DNA of 40,807 bases from Candidatus Micrarchaeota archaeon. GTDB lineage: Archaea > B1Sed10-29. The position numbers and the translations under genes are program-made. Positions within the stretch are counted from its first letter, which is position 1, and each line of letters begins with the position of its first letter. Positions 18,079 through 27,021 of the stretch are shown here, piece by piece. The stretch covers positions 1 to 40,807 of the forward strand of contig CAYLXZ010000004.1 of assembly GCA_964388265.1 (NCBI GenBank), written 5' to 3'. A model generated the notes under the pieces. It saw only the letters and a program-made list of their open reading frames with translations. It did not search any database and was not told where the DNA came from.

Positions 18079-18603
18079 CTAGAGTTTGATTGCTCTAACT
18101 TTATTGCTTCCAGGTAACTTGGAGTTAGCTCTCTTCAAACTCTTTCTAGCTAGATTCTCATTCTCTTTCTTTACCCAGAGACTCATTATCTTCTGGCTCT
18201 CATTCAATCTAGCTGCTCTTCCAGTTGGCCTGCCGAACGATTTCCTCATTCCACTGGATATCCTATCCGCTCCAGCTCCCATAGCCATCGCGTGTTTCCT
18301 AAGACACTGATGTGGATAGGTTCGAATCTTCAAGAAATAGTTCTCAAGCCCTCTCTTCTCCTCCATAGGTTTATTCGCGTTTATTCTAGCTGCTTCAAGA
18401 GCTTCGTCTCTAACCTGCATCTCTTCCCCTGCTTCTAAGTCTACTCTTACATCACATTCTTCTTTATCTAATTCACCCATCTCAAAAGTCTTTATGATAG
18501 GGTCTCTGATTCCTTTAACATAAGCTTTATCTGTTTTCTTGCTAGCGGTTCTTGTCCAGGGTCTTCCTGGCTTTCTGTACGTGTACGCTGGTCTCTTACC
18601 CAT
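18079..18603 (-). CDS. rpl10e: 50S ribosomal protein uL16 (L10e)
   Basis: EALEAARI, IRTYPHQCLR, AGADRISSGMRKSFGRPTG, KLP. Confidence 0.96.
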   Translation of the reverse strand: MGKRPAYTYRKPGRPWTRTASKKTDKAYVKGIRDPIIKTFEMGELDKEECDVRVDLEAGEEMQVRDEALEAARINANKPMEEKRGLENYFLKIRTYPHQCLRKHAMAMGAGADRISSGMRKSFGRPTGRAARLNESQKIMSLWVKKENENLARKSLKRANSKLPGSNKVRAIKL

Positions 18604-18724
18604 GATATCACCATATATCGAGTTTTCTGTAACACGGCTTAAAATAAGGCTTTAACCGTGGTGATTTATTCAAAGTCCAGGTATTTAAACCTTTAAGATA
18701 TGAAGATACATGGTGAAACTATAT

Positions 18725-19096
18725 ATGGCTCAAGAAGAACAACCTGATCCATTATCCGACATGGACGAAAACACCAGAGCAGCTCTCAGTTACCTGCTAG
18801 GATGGCTAACAGGGATAATCTTCCTAGTGATGGAGAAAAAAAGCAACTTCGTGAAGTTCCACGCAATGCAGTCAATAATAACCTTCGTAGGACTAACAGT
18901 GATCTACATACTGATAGGGTCCATGATGGCGCCCTTAATGATGGCAGGTGCAGGAACATGGGCATTAATAAGCGCAGTAAACACACTAGTGATGCTAGTA
19001 GGGTTCGTGCTATGGATAATCCTGATGCTAAAAGCCTACACAGGAGAAAAATTCAAGCTCCCAGTAATAGGAGACATAGCCGAGAACCAACTCTAG
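18725..19096 (+). CDS. DUF4870/Tic20-like membrane protein
   Basis: ALSYLLGWLTGIIFLVMEK..FVKFHAMQS, KAYTGEKFKLPVIGDIAE. Start is ATG 18725 (or 18710). Confidence 0.88.
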   Translation: MAQEEQPDPLSDMDENTRAALSYLLGWLTGIIFLVMEKKSNFVKFHAMQSIITFVGLTVIYILIGSMMAPLMMAGAGTWALISAVNTLVMLVGFVLWIILMLKAYTGEKFKLPVIGDIAENQL

Positions 19097-19202
19097 AAAA
19101 CCACACACAGCCAGCCTTTAAAACCAGGAAACACAAAATATTCACACATATAGAATCTGAAGAAAACTGAATGTAGGGGAAGACCCTGAACAGGTGATAA
19201 AC

Positions 19203-19727
19203 ATGCCAACAGCAAGCAAATACATAAGAAAAAACTTCCAAAAATCTCGATCAGGAGAACACAGAGAACTCTGGGAATCACACAAAGAAAGACTAGAAGA
19301 ATGGAGAAAAGAACCAACAGTGAAAAAACTAGACAAGCCAACCAATCCAGTAAGAGCAAAAGAACTAGGATACAAAGCCAAAGAAGGCTTCAAAGTAGCT
19401 AGAGTAAAAGAAACAAAAGGATCAGGAACACACAAAAGACCAAAGAAAGGAAGAAGACCAAAAAGAATGGGAACAAAGAAACTGAAAAGAGACACATCAC
19501 TACAAGTGCAAGCAGAAAAGAAAGCATCCAGCAAATTCGCCAACCTAGTAGTAATGAACTCCTACAACGTAGGAGAAGACGGAAACAACAAATTCTACGA
19601 AGTCATAATGGCAGATCCAGAACACCCAAACATAGAGCAAGACATCGAAAGAAACTGGCTAACCCAGAAGAACCAGAGAAACCGAGCACAAAGAGGAAAG
19701 ACCTCAGCAGGAAAAAAAGGCCGATAA
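19203..19727 (+). CDS. rpl15e: 50S ribosomal protein eL15
   Basis: WRKEP, LGYKAKEG, GRRPKRMG, NSYNVGEDG..KFYEVIMADP, RGKTSAGKK; ATG after AGGTGA. Confidence 0.96.
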   Translation: MPTASKYIRKNFQKSRSGEHRELWESHKERLEEWRKEPTVKKLDKPTNPVRAKELGYKAKEGFKVARVKETKGSGTHKRPKKGRRPKRMGTKKLKRDTSLQVQAEKKASSKFANLVVMNSYNVGEDGNNKFYEVIMADPEHPNIEQDIERNWLTQKNQRNRAQRGKTSAGKKGR

Positions 19728-19745
19728 GCCTAAAAACAGAGACCG

Positions 19746-20183
19746 ATGAAAAAACTCGCTCATTATCTACAACTAAGAACCTTAAAGTACCCAACAGAAG
19801 ATCCAGATAAAGTAGAGAAAGCCATAGAAAACGCCCTAGATCTAGATACAGAGGAACTACAGGAAAAACTAGAGAGACAAAAAGTGGAATCCCAACACGG
19901 CGGAGAAATAACTCGATACAGCTACAGAACCAAAAGATGGAGCCAAGTAAAAACCCTTATCAGAAAAATCTTCAACCAACTCAAAGCCCCCGAGGACCTC
20001 GAGAAATACCTAAACGATGAAGGAGACTTCTTCCTACGCCTAAACAAACAAGAAGCCTACAGAGGAAACCTAGAAACAACGAAATCCGGAGACGCAATAC
20101 ACATAAAAGTGAAAATAGCATCCTACCCCTTTGACCAAGAACAGATAAAACAAAACCTCAAAGAACTCATTCAAGAAAACTGA
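19746..20183 (+). CDS. Archaeal RNA-binding protein (COG1325-like, exosome-superoperon associated)
   Basis: YPTEDPDKVEKAI, HGGEI, FFLRLNKQEAYRG, GDAIHIKVK. Confidence 0.8.
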   Translation: MKKLAHYLQLRTLKYPTEDPDKVEKAIENALDLDTEELQEKLERQKVESQHGGEITRYSYRTKRWSQVKTLIRKIFNQLKAPEDLEKYLNDEGDFFLRLNKQEAYRGNLETTKSGDAIHIKVKIASYPFDQEQIKQNLKELIQEN

Positions 20184-20213
20184 TAATACGAAAAGCATTA
20201 TCCTTCCACCGTG

Positions 20214-20351
20214 AAGATAAACCTTGCGGTTCAAAAGGAATAGCAAGACGAACAGCCTTACGATTCAAAGAGAATAACAAGATAAACCTTGTGATTCAAA
20301 AGGAATAACAAGACGAACAGCCTTGTGATTCAAAAAGAATAACAAGATAAA
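20214..20351. repeat. Alternating 31/34-nt tandem repeat (4 units plus a partial fifth)
   Basis: Units 20214-20244, 20245-20278, 20279-20309 and 20310-20343 share the core CCTTRYGRTTCAAARRGAATARC; heads alternate AAGATAAA and AAGACGAACAG. Confidence 0.9.
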
Positions 20352-20373
20352 GAGAAAATAGGAGGAATAAACC

Positions 20374-20574
20374 ATGTCAAGCAGAAAATCCAAAGATATG
20401 AAGGACAGGCTAATAAGCGCCTCAAAATCCAACAAATCACCACCAATATGGGTACTGCAAAGAACAGAAGACATGCAATGGCACCCACAATCAGTTAAAA
20501 ACAGAAGCAGAAACTGGAGAAGAACCAAGATAGGAAACAGAATAAGAAAAAAACTAAGAAAAGAAGGTGAATAA
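20374..20574 (+). CDS. rpl39e: 50S ribosomal protein eL39
   Basis: K.RL..A.KSN..PPIWV..RT and RNWRRTK; first gene of the rpl39e-rpl31e-eif6 operon; AGGAGG RBS. Confidence 0.88.
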   Translation: MSSRKSKDMKDRLISASKSNKSPPIWVLQRTEDMQWHPQSVKNRSRNWRRTKIGNRIRKKLRKEGE

Positions 20575-21045
20575 ATGCCAGAACAAGAAAAGAACAAAGA
20601 GGAAGCGAAAGAAGTAGAAGAAACAGAAAAAACCGAAGAACAAGAAGAGAAAATACAACAAGAATCAGAGGAACCTGTAGAGCCAGAGATAGAGGCACCA
20701 GAAGAACTACAGGAAGAACTAGACGAAGAAGCACTCGAAGAACTGCAAGAAATGGAAGTAGAAGAAGAGGAAAAAGAAGAGAAAAAACCACTGGAAGAAG
20801 TTCCAACCGAAGAAAAAACCCTCACCGTGCCACTCAAAGAAGCAAAGAAAGCACCCAAAAAGAAAAGATCCAAAAAAGCAATAAAGAAAATAAGAAACCA
20901 CCTCAGACAACACCTAAAAAGAGAAGTCAAGATAGACAAATCCCTAAACAACCAAATATGGGAAAAAGGAAACAAGCCACCATCAAAAATCAAAGTAGAC
21001 GTTAAAATGACTCCAGAACAAGCAAGAGCCTACCCAGCTGAGTGA
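20575..21045 (+). CDS. rpl31e: 50S ribosomal protein eL31 with long acidic N-terminal extension
   Basis: TVPLKEA..APKKKRSKKAIKKIR, KIDKSLNNQIWEKG..PPSKIKV. Confidence 0.92.
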   Translation: MPEQEKNKEEAKEVEETEKTEEQEEKIQQESEEPVEPEIEAPEELQEELDEEALEELQEMEVEEEEKEEKKPLEEVPTEEKTLTVPLKEAKKAPKKKRSKKAIKKIRNHLRQHLKREVKIDKSLNNQIWEKGNKPPSKIKVDVKMTPEQARAYPAE

Positions 21046-21053
21046 AAGATAAA

Positions 21054-21689
21054 ATGATACAGAAAACCACGTTCCAACAATCCCCAAACATAGGGATATT
21101 CTCAAAATCAAACAATGAAGTAACTCTAGTACCACCGACAACACCGGACGGATACAAAGAAAAAATCAAAGAAACACTAAAAACCAAGATAGTGGAAACC
21201 ACAATATCCAACTCATCCCTCATCGGGATCTTCACAGCACTAAACGACGAAAAGATAATAGTACCACCTACAACAACTGAAAGAGAAGAAAAGAAACTGA
21301 AAGAACACTTCGATCAACTAGTGAAGATACAGACAAAATACACAGCAATAGGGAACCTAATAACCATGAACAACCAAGCAATAGCAGCAAGCAACATGAT
21401 AAAGACAGACGAGATAGACTTCCAGAACCTGGAAATCGCAGGAACAGACCTAATAGGATCCTGCATCTTCCTAACAGACAAAGGGTTCCTAGCACACAGA
21501 AACTCCACAGAGAAAGAACTGCAAGAGATCCAAGAAACCTTTAAAGTAGAAGGAGACGTCGGAACAGTGAACTTCGGAGACCCATACGTCAACACAGGGA
21601 TGATTGGAAACGAAGAAGGAATACTCGTGGGCGACCAAACCACAGGCCCAGAGTTAAATCGAATAGACGAAGTATTCATGCTTAAATAG
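21054..21689 (+). CDS. eif6: Translation initiation factor aIF-6
   Basis: SPNIGIF, SSLIG, TAIGNLI, GTVNFG, VGDQTTGPEL. Confidence 0.93.
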   Translation: MIQKTTFQQSPNIGIFSKSNNEVTLVPPTTPDGYKEKIKETLKTKIVETTISNSSLIGIFTALNDEKIIVPPTTTEREEKKLKEHFDQLVKIQTKYTAIGNLITMNNQAIAASNMIKTDEIDFQNLEIAGTDLIGSCIFLTDKGFLAHRNSTEKELQEIQETFKVEGDVGTVNFGDPYVNTGMIGNEEGILVGDQTTGPELNRIDEVFMLK

Positions 21690-21700
21690 GAGGTAAAACA

Positions 21701-22117
21701 ATGGCAGATCAACAACAACTTCAACAGGCAGCATCTCAAGTCAAAAGAATGGAACAACAGATACAGCAAGTGAACCAAAAGAAGCAACAGGTAGAATCAA
21801 CAATAGAAATGATAGAAGAAACAAGAGAAGGACTCCAAGACCTATCAGGAGAAGAAAAAGAAGGATTCTCTGACGTAGGCGCAGGAGTATACATGCAGTC
21901 AACAATGAAAGGCAACGAAAAAGTCCTAGTGAACGTAGGAGCAGACATAGCAGTAGAAAAAGAACCAACAGAAGCAGTAAACTACCTAGGAGACAAAAAA
22001 GACGAACTACTAGAAGCCAAAGACCAATACCAAAGCTACCTAAAACAACTACAGCAAAAATACCAGCAACTAATAAAACAAATGAGAGAAATGCAACAGA
22101 GCCAAGATGTTCAATAA
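21701..22117 (+). CDS. pfdA: Prefoldin alpha subunit
   Basis: Coiled coils flanking VGAGVY...KVLVNVGADIAVEK; expected operon position. Confidence 0.93.
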   Translation: MADQQQLQQAASQVKRMEQQIQQVNQKKQQVESTIEMIEETREGLQDLSGEEKEGFSDVGAGVYMQSTMKGNEKVLVNVGADIAVEKEPTEAVNYLGDKKDELLEAKDQYQSYLKQLQQKYQQLIKQMREMQQSQDVQ

Positions 22118-23063
22118 ACTAAAACAGAAACTAGGAGCAGTAATAGAAGAAGGATCAGAACTAGAACCAGACACATCAATAGAAACAAAAGTAAAGAAGA
22201 AAATAAAGAGAAAAGTCAAAATAAAACAGAAAGACCTAGAACAATTGCTGGAAGATCTTGAACTATCCCTACTGTCCGCAGACGTATCGCTAAACACAGT
22301 AGAAGAAATAAAACAAGAAATCAAAGAACAACTAGAAGGGAAAGAGGTAGGTAAAGGAGAAACAATAAAACAATCCACAAGAAAAGCCATAAAAGAAACA
22401 CTTGAAAGCCATCTAAAGGAACCGGAAACCTACCTACACCAAGAGATCCAAGAGACGAAGAAACCTTATCTAGTGCTATTTCTCGGTCCAAACGGACATG
22501 GAAAAACCACCACTATAGCAAAAATAGCTGAAAAACTACAGAAAAAAGATCTAGAAGTAGTTCTAGCCGCAGCAGACACATTCAGAGCAGCAAGCATAGA
22601 ACAACTTGAAAAATGGAACCAGAAACTAGACACAAAGCTAATAAAACACGAATACGGCTCCGACCCAGCAGCAGTATGCTACGATGCAAAAGAACACGCA
22701 GAATCCTCAGACAAAGACGTAGTGCTAATAGACACAGCAGGAAGAAGCGAGCTAGACAAAAACCTAATGCAGCAACTAAAAAAGATAAAAGACGTCACAA
22801 ACCCAAACTACACCATGTACGTAACCGAAGCAGTAGCAGGAAACGCAGCAGTAGAACAAGCCAAAACATTCAACGAAAAAATAGGCATAGACGGAATAAC
22901 AATAACAAAAACAGACACAGACACCAAAGGCGGATCCCTACTATCCATATCAAGCGAAACAAACAAACCAATACAATACATAGGCACAGGACAATCCTTA
23001 GAAGACCTTAAGAACTTTAAAAAACAATGGTTCATAAACAAAATAATACCAGAGGATGAATAA
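22107..23063 (+). CDS. ftsY: SRP receptor FtsY
   Basis: GPNGHGKTTTIAK, DTFRAASIEQL, DPAAV, DTAGR, TK.D...KGG, YIGTGQ. Confidence 0.96.
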   Translation: MFNKLKQKLGAVIEEGSELEPDTSIETKVKKKIKRKVKIKQKDLEQLLEDLELSLLSADVSLNTVEEIKQEIKEQLEGKEVGKGETIKQSTRKAIKETLESHLKEPETYLHQEIQETKKPYLVLFLGPNGHGKTTTIAKIAEKLQKKDLEVVLAAADTFRAASIEQLEKWNQKLDTKLIKHEYGSDPAAVCYDAKEHAESSDKDVVLIDTAGRSELDKNLMQQLKKIKDVTNPNYTMYVTEAVAGNAAVEQAKTFNEKIGIDGITITKTDTDTKGGSLLSISSETNKPIQYIGTGQSLEDLKNFKKQWFINKIIPEDE

Positions 23064-24379
23064 TGCTTAAAAAACTACGGAACGTAGTCGACAACATAAC
23101 AGGATCCACAGTAGTAGACGAAGAACTAATCAACGAAACAATCAAGGAAATCCAAAGAATACTAATCCAATCCGACGTATCAGTAGAACTAGTAAAAGAA
23201 CTAAAAGACAAGATAAAAGAAAAAGCAAAAGCAGAAGAACTACCCAAAGGAGTATCAAGAAAAGAACACCTAACCAAGATAATATACAACGAACTAGTAG
23301 AAGTCCTAGGAGGAGAAGAATACACACCAAGAACCGAACCACACGACATACTACTCGTAGGACTATACGGACAAGGAAAAACCACCACAACATCAAAACT
23401 AGCTAAATTCTACTCAAACAGAGGATTCAAAACCTGCATGATCACCACAGACGTACAAAGACCAGCCGCATACGACCAGCTAAAACAACTCGGAGAAAAA
23501 ATAGACATAGACGTCTACGGACAACCAGACGCAGAAGACGGAGTCAAATCACTGAAAAAATCCCTAAAAGAAACCAAAGACTACGACATAAGAATAGTTG
23601 ACTCCGCAGGAAGAGACAACCTAAAAGAAGAACTTCTAGAAGAAATAAAAGGAATAAAGAAAAAACTAAATCCAGAAGAAAGCTTCCTAGTCCTATCAGC
23701 AGACACAGGACAAACAGCGAAGAAACTAGCAAAAAACTTCAACCAATCAATAGGGCTAACAGGGATAATAGTAACCAAAACAGACACAAGCGCCAAAGCA
23801 GGAGGAGCACTAACCGCATGCAACGAAGTAGAAGCACCAGTAGCCTTCATAGGCACAGGTGAAAAAACAGAAGACTTCAAGATATTCAACGCAGAAGACT
23901 TCGTAGCAAACCTGCTCGGACAACCGGACCTCGGAGAACTCGTAAAAAGAGTCAAGAGAGCCACAGAAGAAACAGAACTAACACCAGAAGAATTAATGAA
24001 GAAAGACTACAACTTCCAAACTTTCTACAAACAACTAGAAGCAATGAACAGCATGGGGCCAATGAATAAAATCCTAGACATGTTAGGAGTAGGAGACAAA
24101 GTATCAAAAGAAGAACTCCAAGCCACACAAGAAAAACTAGAAAAATACAAATACATACTGGACTCCATGACCGACGAAGAACTCAAAAACCCGGACCTAA
24201 TGAACAAAAACAGAATAAAGAGAATGGCAAAAGGATCGGGAAGAACAGAAAAAGAAGTAAAAGGACTAATAGAACACTTCAACAAAGGAAAAAACATGAT
24301 AAAGAAGATGAAAAAAGGAAAAATGAGGAACATGAAAGGACTCATGAACAAGATGAAAGGTGGAAAAGGACCATTCTAA
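23063..24379 (+). CDS. srp54: Signal recognition particle protein SRP54
   Basis: GLYGQGKTTT, RPAAYDQL, DSAGR, AKAGGAL, M-domain ILDSMT..E...P, RIKRMAKGSG, Met-rich tail. Confidence 0.97.
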   Translation: MLKKLRNVVDNITGSTVVDEELINETIKEIQRILIQSDVSVELVKELKDKIKEKAKAEELPKGVSRKEHLTKIIYNELVEVLGGEEYTPRTEPHDILLVGLYGQGKTTTTSKLAKFYSNRGFKTCMITTDVQRPAAYDQLKQLGEKIDIDVYGQPDAEDGVKSLKKSLKETKDYDIRIVDSAGRDNLKEELLEEIKGIKKKLNPEESFLVLSADTGQTAKKLAKNFNQSIGLTGIIVTKTDTSAKAGGALTACNEVEAPVAFIGTGEKTEDFKIFNAEDFVANLLGQPDLGELVKRVKRATEETELTPEELMKKDYNFQTFYKQLEAMNSMGPMNKILDMLGVGDKVSKEELQATQEKLEKYKYILDSMTDEELKNPDLMNKNRIKRMAKGSGRTEKEVKGLIEHFNKGKNMIKKMKKGKMRNMKGLMNKMKGGKGPF

Positions 24380-24388
24380 AGGATAAAC

Positions 24389-24919
24389 ATGAAGATAGCT
24401 ATAATAGGAGATTTCCATATCCCAAGCAGAGCATCAAAGATACCTGAAAAGATAGAGAACAAACTCAAAAAAGAAGAACCAGACCTAATCCTCTGCACAG
24501 GAGACCTAACCAACAAAAAGACCCTAGAAAGACTTAAAAAGATATCTGAAGTAAAGGTAGTACAAGGCAACATGGATAAAGGACCCTACCCAGAGAAAAT
24601 AGAGAAAAACATAAATGGAAATAAGGTAATCATGATACACGGAAGCCAAGTGGTTCCAAGAGGAAACAAAGACAGATTAACCTACATAGCAAAAGAAAAC
24701 AACGCAGACATCATAATAAGCGGACACACCCACCAGATAAACACGGAAAAAAGAAATGGAACACTACTATTGAATCCAGGTTCTGCCACAGGAGCCTGGA
24801 GTGGAGGGGGAGCCAACCCAGAACCAAGCCTCCTTACACTAGAAATACAAGACGGAAACGCGAAGGTAAAGGAGATATACATAGATAGAGAAGAGGAAGA
24901 AGAATATGAACTCGATTAA
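24389..24919 (+). CDS. Metallophosphoesterase, MJ0936/YfcE/Vps29 family
   Basis: GDFHIP, CTGDL, GNMD, IHG, SGHTH, NPGSATGA. Confidence 0.92.
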   Translation: MKIAIIGDFHIPSRASKIPEKIENKLKKEEPDLILCTGDLTNKKTLERLKKISEVKVVQGNMDKGPYPEKIEKNINGNKVIMIHGSQVVPRGNKDRLTYIAKENNADIIISGHTHQINTEKRNGTLLLNPGSATGAWSGGGANPEPSLLTLEIQDGNAKVKEIYIDREEEEEYELD

Positions 24920-26156
24920 GATAAAGAAAAAACTACTTGAAGAAGGCGAGATATGTGACCACTGCCTAGGAAGACAGATAACCTTCAAATACAGAGGAAT
25001 ATCCAACGGAGAGATAGGAGCAGCATTAAGAAAAGCCAAAACACCAGAACAAGTAACAGAAGCTCTAGAGGAAGAAGAACTAGAACCAGAAGAGAAAGAA
25101 GAATGCTACATCTGCAAAGGCCTATTCTCCAACCTGGATAAGATGTATGAAAAACTCCTGGAAGAAACTGAAAAATGGGAATTCAAAGGCTTCCTAATAG
25201 GCTGCAAGGTCAGTGAAGAAATAATAGATGGTGAAGAACAGCTCTGGACTAAGATACCTCCTGAAGATGCAGAGCCAATCAAAAGACAGATAAAAAGAGA
25301 AATAGGGAAAAGACTAGAAAGAGATATAGATAAAAAAGCAAAGTTCGAAGATCCAGACATAGTGTTCATACTTAACTTCAAAGAAGACAAAATTGAGACA
25401 CAGGTAAAGTCTCTATATATCTATGGAAGATACAAGAAACTGGAAAGAGGAATACCACAGACAAAATGGCCCTGCAGCAACTGCGGAGGAGAAGGATGTG
25501 AAGAATGCGATGGAACAGGCCAACAGTTCCCTCATACAGTAGAAGGATTAATCGCAGACCCTTTAATGAAGATGACAGAGGCAAAAGAACATAAACTCCA
25601 TGGCCAAGGAAGAGAAGACAGAGATGCTTTAATGCTCGGAAATGGAAGACCATTCGTCATAGAAGCAGTTGAACCAAGAAAAAGAGACATAAACATAGAT
25701 AAACTCCAAGAAAAAGCTAATGAAAACGCGGAGGGGAAGATAGAAGTTAAGGAAATGCGATTATCTGATAAAGATGAAGTAATAGAACTTAAATCAAGAA
25801 GATCAGACAAAACCTATGAAATATGGGTTGAAACTGAGAAAGAGATAACCCAAGAAGACCTAGAGAGAGCTGAAGAAGAACTCACAGATCAAGAGATCAA
25901 GCAAAGAACACCTACACGAGTCAACCACAGAAGAGCAGATAAAGAAAGAAAAAGAAAAGTATACAACGTAGAAACAGAGAAACTCAGTTCCAATGAATTC
26001 AAAGCGAAAATAAAAGCAGAAGCAGGAACCTACATAAAAGAACTAGTATCAGGAGATTACGGAAGAACAAGACCAAGCTTTGCCGAAATAATGAAAAATA
26101 AGACCCAAACAAAGAAATTAAACGTTGTGAAGATCCATGAATCCAATAGCGATTAA
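24906..26156 (+). CDS. pus10: tRNA pseudouridine(54/55) synthase Pus10
   Basis: CDHCLGR, YGRYKKLERGIPQTKW, catalytic GREDRDALMLGNGRPFV, QRTPTRVNHRRAD, GTYIKELVSGD.GRT.PS. Confidence 0.96.
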   Translation: MNSIKIKKKLLEEGEICDHCLGRQITFKYRGISNGEIGAALRKAKTPEQVTEALEEEELEPEEKEECYICKGLFSNLDKMYEKLLEETEKWEFKGFLIGCKVSEEIIDGEEQLWTKIPPEDAEPIKRQIKREIGKRLERDIDKKAKFEDPDIVFILNFKEDKIETQVKSLYIYGRYKKLERGIPQTKWPCSNCGGEGCEECDGTGQQFPHTVEGLIADPLMKMTEAKEHKLHGQGREDRDALMLGNGRPFVIEAVEPRKRDINIDKLQEKANENAEGKIEVKEMRLSDKDEVIELKSRRSDKTYEIWVETEKEITQEDLERAEEELTDQEIKQRTPTRVNHRRADKERKRKVYNVETEKLSSNEFKAKIKAEAGTYIKELVSGDYGRTRPSFAEIMKNKTQTKKLNVVKIHESNSD

Positions 26157-27021
26157 CCTGGCTATAGCAATAGTAGGAATGGGAGTAGCAGCCTACTGGG
26201 ACTACAAAACAGGGATAGTTCCAGATAAACTCAGCCACTTAATGATCATACTAGCCGCAGTTCTAGTGCCCTTAACTTTTCCAGGAAAGATTCTAACAAC
26301 CTATGCTCTAGGAGGGATTGTATTCGGACTAGGTTTCCTGCTCTATTCTTTTGGGCAGATTGGAGGTGGTGATGTTAAGCTATTCACAGCTATATCTCTC
26401 CTAATTCCATTTTACCCAGAGATCCTAACCAAAACATTACCTTCTTTTGGAATTGAACCAGTAATTCCATTGTATCCTTTCGTTGCCTCAGTATTCGTGT
26501 TCGCAGGCATAATCGGACCAATGTTCATAAGCTCTCTGAAGTTCCATCTGAAGATAAGGAGAAAAAGAAAGAAAATAAAAAACTTCCAGAGCAAGTTGAA
26601 AAAAGGACTACTTCTATCCTCTCTAGTTATCCCACTAGCTGTGATATGGGGGTTCTTCAGCCTTGGTTTCCTGGTTCTCTTCATCCCAATGGCCATCACT
26701 CTTTCCCTAATACCCTTCAAGAAAGACATTGTCCGAGTTTTCTATAGTGAAGAAAAAGCAATACAGAAATTGAACGATGATGACGTGCTTGCGCTTGAGA
26801 ATATCGAGGAAGAAAAGAAAGATGAATTAGGATTATGGAGAAAGACTTTTACTCCTCCAGAGATACGTAAAATAAAGGAAAGAGCCGAAGAAAAAGGATA
26901 CGAAAAAGTAAAGGTCTGTGAAGGCATGACACGCTTCGTACCATACTTATTCGTATCTCTAATAGCGAATTTACTGGTTGGAGATGTTTTACTGTTCTTG
27001 ATTAAAATCACAATGATTTAA
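26137..27021 (+). CDS. Prepilin/prearchaellin peptidase (A24 family)
   Basis: AAYWDYKTGIVPD and GGGDVKL aspartate motifs, multiple TMs, C-terminal FVPYL. Confidence 0.9.
   Translation: MNPIAINLAIAIVGMGVAAYWDYKTGIVPDKLSHLMIILAAVLVPLTFPGKILTTYALGGIVFGLGFLLYSFGQIGGGDVKLFTAISLLIPFYPEILTKTLPSFGIEPVIPLYPFVASVFVFAGIIGPMFISSLKFHLKIRRKRKKIKNFQSKLKKGLLLSSLVIPLAVIWGFFSLGFLVLFIPMAITLSLIPFKKDIVRVFYSEEKAIQKLNDDDVLALENIEEEKKDELGLWRKTFTPPEIRKIKERAEEKGYEKVKVCEGMTRFVPYLFVSLIANLLVGDVLLFLIKITMI

Noticed and set aside
20214..20351. CRISPR array
   Set aside because: Units are contiguous with no unique spacers, and no cas genes are in the window.
20265..20993. 242-aa minus-strand ORF
   Set aside because: Antisense to rpl39e/rpl31e; its Ser/Phe runs mirror Glu/Lys codons.
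21042..21053. Possible target of the TnpB guide (shared GTGAAAGAT)
   Set aside because: Only a 9-nt match to the distal part of the guide, with no match to the seed; expected by chance.
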